Numbered from the stretch's first letter, positions 9,606 through 19,743 are shown. The stretch is 64,000 bases of DNA from Fibrobacterota bacterium (GCA_051745755.1 JBNJEI010000006.1:1-64000); one strand, 5' to 3'. Numbers and translations are program-made. The notes: generated by a model from the sequence alone, not told the origin.

Positions 9606-10571
9606 ATGAAACAGTTTTTTTTACATATATGCGATATATTCTTCCTGTGCCGTCCCGTATTGCTCATTCCCGTGTGGTCTGTGCTTGTTCTGGGGCTTGT
9701 AACAGGATCTGATATTGTGTTCTTTCAGCCGCTCAGCACAATCCCCTGGCAGTTTTTTGCTCTTTCAGCAGCCTTTACACTCTCGGTAATCTCCATTTTT
9801 GTTCTTAACCAGATTACGGACATAGAGACTGATAAAAATAATAATAAGCTTTTTCTTCTCCCGCGAAACTACATTTCCCAGGCAACGGCATGGACGCTTG
9901 TTGTATGTTCCGCCGCTGCAGCGCTGGTAATTCCCGTGATTTTTCTGGACCGCTTCAGTGTCTGCATAATAGGTGCCTCGCTTATTTTAGGATACCTTTA
10001 CAATATGCCGCCCTTTTCTTTGAAGGATCATCCCCTGGGCGGCGTGGTTGCTAATTTTCTCGGTCACGGAGTATTAACCTATCTTGCCGGCTGGTACGGA
10101 GCACAGTTTCTTGAGCCCAATGTTCAGATTTTTTCAGGTGTGTTTTATTCTCTTGCCGCAGGATTTGCCAATGCTGCGGTATACACGGCCTCAACCATTG
10201 CTGATGCAGAAGGGGACCGCCTCTGTGGAAAAAGAACCTTTGCCGTGGTCTTTGGCGAAAGGAATGCCGTGGTGTTTTCTGCCCTTTTGGTTACCTTTTC
10301 CCTTATCTTTTCGTTTTTTCTTCCGCATAATTCATGGGTAATGATTCTCACCTCCGCGGTGAGTGTTATTCTTTTCTGGCGCTCTGTTTTTGTATATGAC
10401 AGTACCCGGGCCTTTGTGCTGTTCCGCTGGCCCGTGCTTTTTCTGTCACTGATACTCAGTGTATATATTCCTCTCTATGCCCTCGTGGTTTTTATTGTTG
10501 TTTTTTTGAGCAGAGTGTATTACCGGAGACGTTTCTTACTGTGTTATCCTGCTTTCGGCCAGGAGCGATGA
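9606..10571 (+). CDS. UbiA-family integral-membrane prenyltransferase (paralog 1)
   Basis: 321 aa with about 8-9 TM helices. The first Asp-rich motif is VLNQITDIETDKNN (NxxxDxxxD) and the second is TIADAEGDRLCGK (DxxxD). Confidence 0.7.
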   Translation: MKQFFLHICDIFFLCRPVLLIPVWSVLVLGLVTGSDIVFFQPLSTIPWQFFALSAAFTLSVISIFVLNQITDIETDKNNNKLFLLPRNYISQATAWTLVVCSAAAALVIPVIFLDRFSVCIIGASLILGYLYNMPPFSLKDHPLGGVVANFLGHGVLTYLAGWYGAQFLEPNVQIFSGVFYSLAAGFANAAVYTASTIADAEGDRLCGKRTFAVVFGERNAVVFSALLVTFSLIFSFFLPHNSWVMILTSAVSVILFWRSVFVYDSTRAFVLFRWPVLFLSLILSVYIPLYALVVFIVVFLSRVYYRRRFLLCYPAFGQER

Positions 10572-11506
10572 TGAAATTTATTCTCGATCTCATTTTTATA
10601 ACGCGTCCTGTTCTCTTTATACCTGTCATCGGATTTGCTCTTTTCGGATTTCGTGCTGCTGAAGCTGCGAATGGATTTTTGAATCCGCTTTCGTGGGAGG
10701 TTTTGTACAAAATATTTCTCTTTTGTCTTTCCGTTGCAGCCGTATATGTTTTAAATCAGCTCGTTGATTACAGGGTGGACCGTGAAAACGGCGGTTTTCC
10801 CCTCCTGCTTAAAAGCAGAATATCCCCCGTGGCGGCATTCCTCTGGATGAGTATCCTTGCTCTTGCTTCCCTTGCCCTGCCATTGTTTCACGGGTTGTAT
10901 GACCTTTTTTTCCTTTCAGCAGCCAGCCTGATACTCGGCCTTGTTTATTGTGTCCGCCCCTTTTATTTCATGGGCCGTCCGGTTCTTGATTTTCTTTCCA
11001 ACGGCCTTGGATATGGCGGGATTGCCTTTTTTGCAGGATACATGAGCAGTTTCCGGGGGCACTTCGATACGGCTGCAGTTTTGGCTTCACTGCCCTATAT
11101 ATTTTTTATGTGTGCAGGATCTGTGAGCTCCACCATACCGGATATACCAGGCGATAAAATGAACAGTAAAATTACAACAGCGGTGTATATGGGGTCATTC
11201 AGAGCCCATATTCTTGGGTTTCTTCTTCTTGGGTGTGCATTTTTTCTTGCCCTCTGGCAGGGTGATGCTGTGGCGCAGATAATCAGCCTGGGGGTAATGC
11301 CCTTTTATATTGCATATATCCTGCGTCAGACCCGTTTTCTAATAGAGCTTGTGTATAAGGGCGGCGGAGCTGTTTCCATGCTGGTGATCGGCCTTGTGTA
11401 TCCTCTGTTTATTATAGTTGCAGGAATAATCGCAGCTGCAACAGTGCTGTATTTCAGGACAGTGTATCATGTCTCCTATCCCTCCCTTGTTCCCCGCGAT
11501 GAATAA
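10568..11506 (+). CDS. UbiA-family integral-membrane prenyltransferase (paralog 2)
   Basis: The start ATGATGA overlaps the paralog-1 stop. Motifs are VLNQLVDYRVDREN and TIPDIPGDKMNSK. It has the same length class and topology as paralog 1. Confidence 0.7.
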   Translation: MMKFILDLIFITRPVLFIPVIGFALFGFRAAEAANGFLNPLSWEVLYKIFLFCLSVAAVYVLNQLVDYRVDRENGGFPLLLKSRISPVAAFLWMSILALASLALPLFHGLYDLFFLSAASLILGLVYCVRPFYFMGRPVLDFLSNGLGYGGIAFFAGYMSSFRGHFDTAAVLASLPYIFFMCAGSVSSTIPDIPGDKMNSKITTAVYMGSFRAHILGFLLLGCAFFLALWQGDAVAQIISLGVMPFYIAYILRQTRFLIELVYKGGGAVSMLVIGLVYPLFIIVAGIIAAATVLYFRTVYHVSYPSLVPRDE

Positions 11507-12485
11507 GGTTGTTTTCGGTGTGCTGTTTTTGTGCGTTTCGGGATATTCCTATGTAATTTCCCCCCGTGAAGTTACAATGGCGTCGCAGATAAATGACCTT
11601 CTGGTAAACTGCCGCTTCAGCAGGGCTGATCACCTCAGTGATTCTTTGCTGCGTTCTGCCCCGGATAATCTCCTGTACTATTATATGCGCGTTGCTGTCA
11701 TCGGTCTTGAATCTCTGGACCGCAATAAAACCGTGCATAAGGATGTGTTTGATTCTGTTTACGAAGCCGGTATGGAGCGTATTGATACCGTTTCACGCAC
11801 AACATCTGATGTGGTGATGATTGAAGGATTTCTTCAGGCATCCTATTTTTCCTTTCTTCTCCTTGATGGCCAGTATCTTCGCGGCATACGGCTGGGTCGT
11901 GGAGCTCTTGAGACAATTGAGAGATCAAAATCAATGAATCCCCGAAATTATGATGCAGATTATTTTATTGGGTTCTACGGCTTTGCGCGCGGGGAAATAC
12001 AGAATCGTTTGCGGCTGTTGCTTTTCTGGCTTCCCGATGCTACACAGGAAGGTATTACGTCTCTTATTGAGTGTATGGATAAATCACGATTTATGTCCAC
12101 TGCCGCGGCAATGGTTTTGGCTGATGTATATATTCGTAATGGCCAGTTGGAAAAGGGAAAACCTCTTCTGGACTCGCTTTTGAACGAGTATCCCGACAGC
12201 AGATTTTTGTATTGGAGCCGGGCGCGGTATTTTGATGCGCTGAAGGAAAACTATCTTGCCGGAGATGTGTATGCTCTGCTTGCCCGTCGGTATATGGCTG
12301 CTTCATTTCATCATAACGCACTCAATACTGCAACCCTCGCTCTTGAGCGGTATGCTGCCCATAATCCCCGTCCCCGGGAGGATATGCAGGATCTTATCGA
12401 TTCAGTCAAAACAGAAATTTCTCCCCATGAACTTGATTCATCCGATCGCGGCATATATGAGAATATTATTACTTATTTTAAGTAG
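11499..12485 (+). CDS. Secreted helical-repeat (TPR-like) protein of unknown function
   Basis: The signal peptide is MNKVVFGVLFLCVSGYSYV. The body is helical-repeat rich. It overlaps the 3' end of UbiA paralog 2. Confidence 0.45.
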   Translation: MNKVVFGVLFLCVSGYSYVISPREVTMASQINDLLVNCRFSRADHLSDSLLRSAPDNLLYYYMRVAVIGLESLDRNKTVHKDVFDSVYEAGMERIDTVSRTTSDVVMIEGFLQASYFSFLLLDGQYLRGIRLGRGALETIERSKSMNPRNYDADYFIGFYGFARGEIQNRLRLLLFWLPDATQEGITSLIECMDKSRFMSTAAAMVLADVYIRNGQLEKGKPLLDSLLNEYPDSRFLYWSRARYFDALKENYLAGDVYALLARRYMAASFHHNALNTATLALERYAAHNPRPREDMQDLIDSVKTEISPHELDSSDRGIYENIITYFK

Positions 12486-12494
12486 GAGGACCCA

Positions 12495-12704
12495 ATGGTG
12501 AGTGTGGATGTATCCAAATGTGACAGGTGCGGTACCTGCATTGCAGTATGTCCCGTCATGGCTTTGTCCATGGAGCGGCATTTGTCCGTGGACTATTCTG
12601 CATGCACGGAGTGCCGAAACTGTGTAAATATCTGCCCCTTTGGTGCACTCAGAATTTCAACGGTCAAGGATGCGGTCCATGAAGCAAATTATTCTACCCG
12701 ATGA
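12495..12704 (+). CDS. 2x[4Fe-4S] ferredoxin (69 aa)
   Basis: It has two motifs, CDRCGTCIAVCP and CTECRNCVNICP. The RBS is AGGAGGA. Confidence 0.7.
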   Translation: MVSVDVSKCDRCGTCIAVCPVMALSMERHLSVDYSACTECRNCVNICPFGALRISTVKDAVHEANYSTR

Positions 12705-13983
12705 AACGGTGTTTTCCTGCGATTATCTTGCCCTGCAGTATAATTACGGGCCGCGACAGCTGGTGCTTACATTGGATGTTTTGGAAGCTGTGTCCCAAAA
12801 TCGGCATAAAAACGGAGCTTCAGGACGTAATTCCCGTGAGTTCTTTTCTCTTTTTCGGCGTCTGAAAACAGAGGGGTTTATTTCCACTGACCTTGCGTCC
12901 TCAGCTCCCATTATCGTCTATGTTCCCCACAGTTCCCATGGCCCTGACGCCGATGCAAAGCAGCCACATTCATCAGCGCATCCTACGATTATTACCACGG
13001 CGCAGGAATTTGCAAAGAACAGGTATGACGTAGTACTCTCCACACGAAACAGTATTCAGTATATGCGGGCTGAAGCAGTATCTCTTCGCGTGTCGTATTT
13101 TCAGCCGCGAAAATTCTGTGCTGAAGATCTCTACCCGGGGTATACTGAACTGCGGGTTGGAGAGGAGCAGGTGAGTAAAATTCAGAACCGTGCCCCCCTT
13201 GCCCTTTCAAGCTCCTTTTATCCCAATGAATACAGTAAACTGACCGGTGAGAATGACGGCACTGCCTATTGCCGATATGATACACATCAAAATGCTTTGG
13301 TTCCACTTGTTACTGCCTCATCACGGATACCTGAATGGCTGACTCCCCGAAATATTGAACAGTCCTTTGCCCTTGATGCGCTTCTTAACGATGATATTTC
13401 TCTGGTCTCCCTTATCGGCAAAGCCGGAACGGGGAAAACGCTTCTTGCTCTGGCTGCCGGCCTGTATAAAAGTCTTGACTGTGATGTGTATGATAAGGTG
13501 CTGGTCTCCCGGCCCACCCTCCCCCTGGGTAATGATATCGGATATCTCCCCGGTTCTGTGGAAGAAAAGCTGGGGCCCTGGATGCATCCCATATCGGATA
13601 ATGTTGATCACCTGCTCAGAAATCGCAGGGTGGGGCGCACAAACCTGCGTAATTTTGCCGATCTTGTGGAAATGGGCTTTATAGTGGCAGAGCCGCTGAA
13701 TTTTATTCGCGGGAGATCCATTCATAACCAGTTTCTCCTCGTTGATGAAGCACAAAATCTTACCCTGCACGAAATTCGCACGATTTTGACCCGTGCCGGA
13801 GAAGGAACAAAGATTGTTCTTGCCGGAGACCCGTATCAGATTGATAATCCGCAATTAACATCCATCACAAGCGGTCTTATGCAGGTTGTGGACAAATTCA
13901 GAGATACCTCCGCGGCTGCTCATATTACCCTCACCAGGGGTGAACGTTCAACCCTGTCTCAGCTTGCGGCGGATCTTTTGTAA
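12670..13983 (+). CDS. PhoH-like (PhoH2/YlaK-type) ATPase with a divergent N-terminal domain
   Basis: The Walker A motif is IGKAGTGKTLLALAAG and Walker B is FLLVDEAQNL. The PhoH C-terminal region reads ...IVLAGDPYQIDNP.... The roughly 220-aa N-terminal region lacks the canonical PIN DTNV motif. The start is ambiguous between 12670 and 12679, and the gene overlaps the ferredoxin 3' end. Confidence 0.7.
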   Translation: MRSMKQIILPDETVFSCDYLALQYNYGPRQLVLTLDVLEAVSQNRHKNGASGRNSREFFSLFRRLKTEGFISTDLASSAPIIVYVPHSSHGPDADAKQPHSSAHPTIITTAQEFAKNRYDVVLSTRNSIQYMRAEAVSLRVSYFQPRKFCAEDLYPGYTELRVGEEQVSKIQNRAPLALSSSFYPNEYSKLTGENDGTAYCRYDTHQNALVPLVTASSRIPEWLTPRNIEQSFALDALLNDDISLVSLIGKAGTGKTLLALAAGLYKSLDCDVYDKVLVSRPTLPLGNDIGYLPGSVEEKLGPWMHPISDNVDHLLRNRRVGRTNLRNFADLVEMGFIVAEPLNFIRGRSIHNQFLLVDEAQNLTLHEIRTILTRAGEGTKIVLAGDPYQIDNPQLTSITSGLMQVVDKFRDTSAAAHITLTRGERSTLSQLAADLL

Positions 13984-14185
13984 AAGAGTTATATTTGCCC
14001 CGGTATCTCACAAAAAACAGGGTGCCGGGATCAGGAATATTGCCGGATTCCTCCGAATGATACACGCCGTATTGACTGTAGTTACTATGCTTTTTTTACA
14101 GTGTTTTTTGACAAAAGTGAGAAAAAACATTCGTTTTATTACATTTGAAGTACATTTACAGTAACGTGTAACGTGGGAGAGTACT

Positions 14186-14545
14186 ATGACACATGCCGCC
14201 AATACTGATCTTGAACGCGAGGTGCTGCAGCTTAAGCGGGAACTGCATCTTATGAAGAGTATTATAAAAAAAGAGCTGCTTCGCTTTAATCGGGAATTTC
14301 TTGTACACAAAAAGGAATGTGAACGCCGATTCGGGGTCCTGCATTCACGTCTGGATTCTGCGGTTGGTCAGATTGATACTGGCCACAGTGAAACAAAGGC
14401 GGTGCCTCTTGACTATTCACAGGAAAACCGTGCCGGAAACGCTTTCTTTCAGGATGTTGAAGCACTCCATCCAAGAGGCAGAAGACAAAACCGTGCTTCT
14501 GCCAATATGAATTACCGACAGATTATTCCTCCGTCTTCTCAGTAG
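14186..14545 (+). CDS. Hypothetical small coiled-coil protein
   Basis: 119 aa, with an N-terminal coiled coil (LEREVLQLKRELHLMKSIIKKELLRF). The RBS GGGAGAG lies 6 nt upstream. No known domain was recognised. Confidence 0.35.
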   Translation: MTHAANTDLEREVLQLKRELHLMKSIIKKELLRFNREFLVHKKECERRFGVLHSRLDSAVGQIDTGHSETKAVPLDYSQENRAGNAFFQDVEALHPRGRRQNRASANMNYRQIIPPSSQ

Positions 14546-14972
14546 CCGGATCCTGTGTTGGATCGTAATAATCCTGATAATAGTCGGGTATTCTGAAAAG
14601 ATCGGGATACCATTGGCCGTCTTCTTTTCGCAGGTAGGCTCTGTTATCGTTTTCAAATCCTTCTTCCCAGCTGGATCTGAGAATAATCATCATTTGAGTG
14701 CTGTCGTCAAAGATGGAATCACGAATGATTTTAAATTCTGCTTCTGCAAAGGATTCCGTTGCTTCCCCGGTGAAATCACCGGCAAACTCTTTTTTAAATC
14801 GCTCAACGTCATCGGGGTGCACCAATTCTGCAGCCTTGTCAATATCACCTTCCTGCATTGCCGTAAAATATTTAAGGACAATCTCATGAGGGTCCCTGGG
14901 AGTTTCTGTGCAGGAAATCATTATCCCTGCCATCATACATATCAGTGTTGCAAGACGTGTTTTAAGGAGCAT
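14523..14972 (-). CDS. Hypothetical lipoprotein
   Basis: It starts MLLKTRLATLICMMAGIMISC, with a lipobox. The protein is acidic. Its 3' end overlaps the convergent gene at 14186-14545 by 23 nt. Confidence 0.45.
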   Translation of the reverse strand: MLLKTRLATLICMMAGIMISCTETPRDPHEIVLKYFTAMQEGDIDKAAELVHPDDVERFKKEFAGDFTGEATESFAEAEFKIIRDSIFDDSTQMMIILRSSWEEGFENDNRAYLRKEDGQWYPDLFRIPDYYQDYYDPTQDPATEKTEE

Positions 14973-15036
14973 AATCCCACCTTTCCTTTTGTAAAATATT
15001 CTCTGTAAAAATAAATACGAAGCCCCTGCATGGGTA

Positions 15037-15720
15037 TTAAAAAATTTGATTTTGTACAAAATAGGCTATTTCACGGGGGAGGAGCAGACTGTTCCAGAAC
15101 CTAAACCAGGGAGTAAAAATCGGGCCAACTATCAGGGTGGAAAAAACAGGGTATCTGGTGAGCCATTCAATCACAAGCAGGCCCAGAAAAATGTGTGGTG
15201 CATGGCGGGTGTATCGCGCATAGGCCAGTGCCGTATCCTGTGGCAGCAGACCGGTAATGATATTAAATCCGTCCAGAGGGGAGACGGGGATGAGATTAAA
15301 CAGAGCGAGCCCCAGATTAATAATATAGAGAAAAACGAAAAAGAAGATAGTGTAGCCCTGGGCGTTTCCCAGAATTGCTCCGGCATAGGAAGTGGTAACC
15401 CCATGCAGGAGTATTCCCGTGATTACCGCAAGAATGATATTTGATACGGGGCCGGCTAAACCGACATGGACCATGCTTTTTCGGGGATTTTCCATACGTC
15501 CCGGCTGCACGGGAACGGGCTTTGCCCAGCCAATGGGGCCGAAAAACAACATCAGGGTTCCCAGAAAAGAAAGATGGGGAAAGGGGTTGAGGGTGAGCCG
15601 CCCCTGTTCAAAAGCAGTGGTGTCGCCCTTGCGGTATGCGATATATCCGTGAGCATATTCATGCACGGTGAGGGCAATAAGTATGGCCGGTATGCGGAGA
15701 ATAATTTCTGTGGTATTCAT
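15037..15720 (-). CDS. Peptidase M50 family (small site-2-protease/SpoIVFB-like) membrane metalloprotease
   Basis: It has the HExxH motif in LTVHEYAHGYIA inside a TM helix, a downstream LDG motif (NLIPVSPLDGFNII), a multi-TM topology and no PDZ domain. Confidence 0.75.
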   Translation of the reverse strand: MNTTEIILRIPAILIALTVHEYAHGYIAYRKGDTTAFEQGRLTLNPFPHLSFLGTLMLFFGPIGWAKPVPVQPGRMENPRKSMVHVGLAGPVSNIILAVITGILLHGVTTSYAGAILGNAQGYTIFFFVFLYIINLGLALFNLIPVSPLDGFNIITGLLPQDTALAYARYTRHAPHIFLGLLVIEWLTRYPVFSTLIVGPIFTPWFRFWNSLLLPREIAYFVQNQIF

Positions 15721-15764
15721 AGGTATTATCCGAAAAGACAGCGCATCGCGCTGTCTTTAGATAA

Positions 15765-16694
15765 TTATTTCTTTTCGATGGGCCATTTTTTATTGAGATA
15801 TATCAGGGTTGGAGTGGCCACAAAGATCGAGGAATATGTACCGGAAATTACCCCGATCATAAGAGCTGCGGAAAAATATTTCAGAACATTTTCTGTGGGA
15901 AGAAATACTATGAAGATTGCCCCCACAACAACAAAGGTTGTCAGAGAGGTGATAAGCGTACGGGAGAGAGTTTGATTAATACTGATATTTAATGTATCGG
16001 AAAGGCTGAGAGCCTTATCCTTATGTTCATTGAGGTTCTCCCGGATTCTGTCAAAAACAACAATGGTATCGTTCAGGGAATACCCGACAACGGTGAGAAG
16101 TGCCGCGATTATCGGGAGAGAAATCTCCCAGTCGAGAATCGAAAAAACACCGATTACAATAATTATGTCATGAACAAGTGCCGATATGGCACCGAGGGCG
16201 TAGGCAAATTTGAACCGTACGGCAATATAGGCAATGATTACTATAAGAGAGAGAATGATTGCCTTTACGGCATTTCCGCGAAGTTCCTGTCCAACACGGG
16301 AGCCCACAACTTCTGCAGATATTTCACGGTCGCCGATACCCGGGTAGGTGTTATTCAGCTGTCCCACGATACTTCGGCGGATCTGAGTGGGATCGTCTGT
16401 ATCCTTTTGGCTTACAGTAATCTGCAGCATGGATGATTCTCCATCTGACAGGGTCTTGGTTTCATAATCATTGAAATTGAGATCATTCAGAATTTCTTCG
16501 GTCTTATCCCGGGCCTGGCTTAACTCATCTTCCGGAAAGGGAATAATCAGTGAAACACCGCCCGTAAAATCGATGCCGTAGTTCAATCCGCCGCGAACAA
16601 GTAATGAAATAAGCGTGGCAAGGATAAAAACAGCTGACACAAAAAATGCCGTTTTTCGGTTTCCGATAAAATTAATATTAAATTCCTTATTCAT
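15765..16694 (-). CDS. secF: Protein translocase subunit SecF
   Basis: 309 aa. The SecF periplasmic and TM architecture is present and it lies directly downstream of secD. Confidence 0.85.
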   Translation of the reverse strand: MNKEFNINFIGNRKTAFFVSAVFILATLISLLVRGGLNYGIDFTGGVSLIIPFPEDELSQARDKTEEILNDLNFNDYETKTLSDGESSMLQITVSQKDTDDPTQIRRSIVGQLNNTYPGIGDREISAEVVGSRVGQELRGNAVKAIILSLIVIIAYIAVRFKFAYALGAISALVHDIIIVIGVFSILDWEISLPIIAALLTVVGYSLNDTIVVFDRIRENLNEHKDKALSLSDTLNISINQTLSRTLITSLTTFVVVGAIFIVFLPTENVLKYFSAALMIGVISGTYSSIFVATPTLIYLNKKWPIEKK

Positions 16695-16709
16695 AATACC
16701 TTCTTATTT

Positions 16710-18437
16710 TTATATGCTCAATTTCGTAATTTTATTAGATTTACCGCCATATCCGAGAACAAAATGGAATACCATTTTTGTAAAGGTGAGGGCAGTAAAG
16801 AGGGATACGAGAATACCGCTTATGAGGGTTACGGCAAAGCCGCGGATTGGGCCGGAACCGACATTATAAAGGATAAATGCCGTTATAAGCGTGGTGATAT
16901 TGGCATCCATAATTGCAACAAAAGCCCGGGCATAGCCGTTATCAACGGCTTTGGCCGCACTTTTTCCCACAGATAATTCCTCCTTTATGCGTTCAAAGAC
17001 GATTACGTTGGCGTCAACCGACATACCGACAATAAGAATCAGACCGGCAATCCCCGGCAGGGTAAGGGTGGCACCAAAACTCGCCATGATTGCAATAACA
17101 AAGATGATATTCAATATCAGGGCTGTAACGGCTAGAATTCCTGAGAGTTTATAATAAAAAACCATGAAAAGCATTACTGCAAGCAGGCCGCCAAGCCCTG
17201 CAAGGAAGGCACTTTTTACGGCATCACGGCCCAGTGAAGGACCCACGGTGCTGGATTGTTCAATACGCAGAGGGGCTTCAAGATCACCTGATTCGAGAAC
17301 TATGGCAAGCTGACGCGCTTCTTCACGGGAGAAATTTCCGCTTATGGAAGCCTGCCCACCGCTGATGCGTTCGTTAATATTCGGAGCGGAGTATACGGTG
17401 TTGTCCAAAACTATGGCCAATTGTCTCCCCGTGTTTCTTCCCGTAACGCGTCCGAATTCCCGCGCACCCCGAGTATTGAACTTGAGTGATACCTGATATC
17501 CGATCCCCTGGTGGGACGGAGTGGCCTCGGCCTTTTCCATATCGGTTCCGCTCATGCTTGGTTCCTCATTCAGAAAATAGAGCCGGTAGAGCGGGCTGCC
17601 TGAATCATTGCGGAGAGTGTCTTCGCTTCCGCCCTGGTAGTTGACTATGGGAGTCTGCTCCCAGCGGAATATGCCGCCCTGTAAGGCGTTTTGCACAGAG
17701 GGGATATCAAGAATGGAGTCGATTGTATGCTTTTGGGAATGAGGGGCTATGGCACTCATTTCATCAATTTCAGAAATCAGATCGGAAAAAACGGGCTCGT
17801 AGTCATCATCCTGTGAAAGCGTATCTTCCTGAGAATCTGCGGTGTCAGATTCTGTTTCGTCCATAGCTTCAAGGGATTCAAGTTCGTCGAGTTCATCAAC
17901 TTCGTCGGAAGCACCATCTTCCTGCCCCTGGTCTGAACCTGCCGAAAGGGCCCGGTCAATGCGGTCAAGGACGTTTCGTATCTGCTGGTCTTCATTGGTG
18001 CGCACCAAATGAAAATCAAGGCGGGCGGCACGGCCAAGCATTTCCTCTGCGATGGTTTCGTCACTGAGACCGGGAAGCTCTACTATAAGACGGGAATCCC
18101 CTTCTATCTGAATAATAGGCTCGGTCAGGCCCAGGGCGTTTACCCGGTTTTGTATGACCGTATAAATCTTATCCATGGTTTGGTCATCACGGCGTATACG
18201 CTCCTGTTCCTCTTTGGATAGATTGGAAAGATCAAGGCCGAGAACCATGCGCACCCCTCCCCGTATATCCAGGCCCAGATTGAGAATCTGATTACCCAAA
18301 CGGGGGTTTTCCCGCAGGATCTCCTTCTGTTTTTCCGGGGATTCCCGGTAAACTCGGTATGAGGGGATAAGAAAATATACTGCCATTATGCTGAAGAGCA
18401 GGGTAAAAAGTAATCCCCAAATAGTGCTTTTTCTCAT
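16710..18437 (-). CDS. secD: Protein translocase subunit SecD
   Basis: 575 aa. The protein shows the SecD topology (N-terminal TM, periplasmic domain, C-terminal TM bundle) and sits directly upstream of secF. The acidic periplasmic insert is DELDELESLEAMDETESD. Confidence 0.85.
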   Translation of the reverse strand: MRKSTIWGLLFTLLFSIMAVYFLIPSYRVYRESPEKQKEILRENPRLGNQILNLGLDIRGGVRMVLGLDLSNLSKEEQERIRRDDQTMDKIYTVIQNRVNALGLTEPIIQIEGDSRLIVELPGLSDETIAEEMLGRAARLDFHLVRTNEDQQIRNVLDRIDRALSAGSDQGQEDGASDEVDELDELESLEAMDETESDTADSQEDTLSQDDDYEPVFSDLISEIDEMSAIAPHSQKHTIDSILDIPSVQNALQGGIFRWEQTPIVNYQGGSEDTLRNDSGSPLYRLYFLNEEPSMSGTDMEKAEATPSHQGIGYQVSLKFNTRGAREFGRVTGRNTGRQLAIVLDNTVYSAPNINERISGGQASISGNFSREEARQLAIVLESGDLEAPLRIEQSSTVGPSLGRDAVKSAFLAGLGGLLAVMLFMVFYYKLSGILAVTALILNIIFVIAIMASFGATLTLPGIAGLILIVGMSVDANVIVFERIKEELSVGKSAAKAVDNGYARAFVAIMDANITTLITAFILYNVGSGPIRGFAVTLISGILVSLFTALTFTKMVFHFVLGYGGKSNKITKLSI

Positions 18438-18528
18438 ATATTACCTTTCGAAAATCTGTTGCGGTTGTTTTATTCCGGTGTAAAATATATTCATAGATAT
18501 GTTTATTCAACAATATGTGATAAAAAAG

Positions 18529-19743
18529 TTATGTGTGATACTCGGCATTAATTCTGACATACTCGTAGCTGAAGTCACAGGTATGTGCAACGGCATGTGT
18601 ATCAGTTTTAAAACCCAGATCAATATCAATTTCAACCACCGCGCCATGCAGCTTCCCGGAAAGTTCTTTTTCAAAGAAATCTGTGGGGCGTCCCGCGGAA
18701 AATACCGGAGTGCCGCATACGGAGACATTCAGCCTGTCCCCGGTGAGTTCTGCCCCTGAATATCCGACAGCGCAGAGTATCCGTCCCCAATTGGGGTCAT
18801 TGCCGAACATTGCTGTTTTAACAAGATTGGAATTTGCCACAGCTTTTGCCGCCAGGCGGCAGTCTTCATTGGTCTTTCCACGACGAACATTGATTTCAAT
18901 GCGCTTTGTGGCCCCTTCTCCGTCCTGGGCAATGCGGGCGCACAATGTATTGTATACCGCAAAAAACGCCTGTTTTAAGAGAGTGAGATCTGCGCTGCTT
19001 TCTGCCCTGACATTGGCGGCTCCGTTGGCCAATACCACTACCATGTCATTGGTGGAGGTGTCTCCGTCAATGGTGAGATTATTAAATGTGTTCTGAACTG
19101 TCTCCCTGTGAATATCGGAAAGTACAGAGCTGTCCACGGCGGCATCTGTAGTAATAAATCCAAGCATTGTTGCCATATTGGGCTGAATCATACCCGCTCC
19201 CTTGCATACTCCGCCGATTCTTACAGTTCCGCTGCTGAGATCTACGGTGAGGGCGTATTCCTTTGGAACTGTATCGGTGGTCATTATGGCTGTGGCAAAT
19301 TCCAGGGACCCCTGATGTGACAGGTTTTCTACAGCTTCCCCAAGGGAATCTGTAATTTTCTCGCGGGGCAGAAATTCGCCGATTACCCCTGTGGATGCTG
19401 TGAGAACAGTGTCGGCGGGGATATCAAGGGCTTCTTCACAGGCCCGGGTAATGTAATCAACGTCGGCGACCCCCTGTGCGCCGGTACAGGCATTGGCGTT
19501 GCCGCTGTTGCAGACAAGGGCGCGTATGGTATCAGCGGGAAGCATGGTTTTGTTTTTTGTAACGCAGGGAGCGCAGATTCTGTTTGTTGTAAAGGTACCC
19601 GCGGCAGTACAGGGGGAAGAGCTGAGTAGAAGAGCCAGATCTTTTTTCCCTGATTTTTTTATTCCCGCGGCAATACCACTGGAAGTAAACCCCCGTGGTG
19701 CAGTGATGCCGCCCTCTGTTGTAATAAAATCTTTGTGTTTCAA
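18529..19743 (-). CDS. argJ: Bifunctional ornithine acetyltransferase / N-acetylglutamate synthase ArgJ
   Basis: It contains ...ITAPRGF... and the ATMLGFITTDA self-cleavage region. The true start is probably a non-ATG codon (TTG) near 19743. The track ORF extends to 19833. Confidence 0.75.
   Translation of the reverse strand: MKHKDFITTEGGITAPRGFTSSGIAAGIKKSGKKDLALLLSSSPCTAAGTFTTNRICAPCVTKNKTMLPADTIRALVCNSGNANACTGAQGVADVDYITRACEEALDIPADTVLTASTGVIGEFLPREKITDSLGEAVENLSHQGSLEFATAIMTTDTVPKEYALTVDLSSGTVRIGGVCKGAGMIQPNMATMLGFITTDAAVDSSVLSDIHRETVQNTFNNLTIDGDTSTNDMVVVLANGAANVRAESSADLTLLKQAFFAVYNTLCARIAQDGEGATKRIEINVRRGKTNEDCRLAAKAVANSNLVKTAMFGNDPNWGRILCAVGYSGAELTGDRLNVSVCGTPVFSAGRPTDFFEKELSGKLHGAVVEIDIDLGFKTDTHAVAHTCDFSYEYVRINAEYHT

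Noticed and set aside
13984-14185. Terminator or promoter elements between the PhoH-like gene and the 14186 ORF
   Set aside because: Only a 5-bp CCCGG/CCGGG stem with a 22-nt loop was seen. TTGACA-like hexamers have poor spacing. Too weak to annotate.
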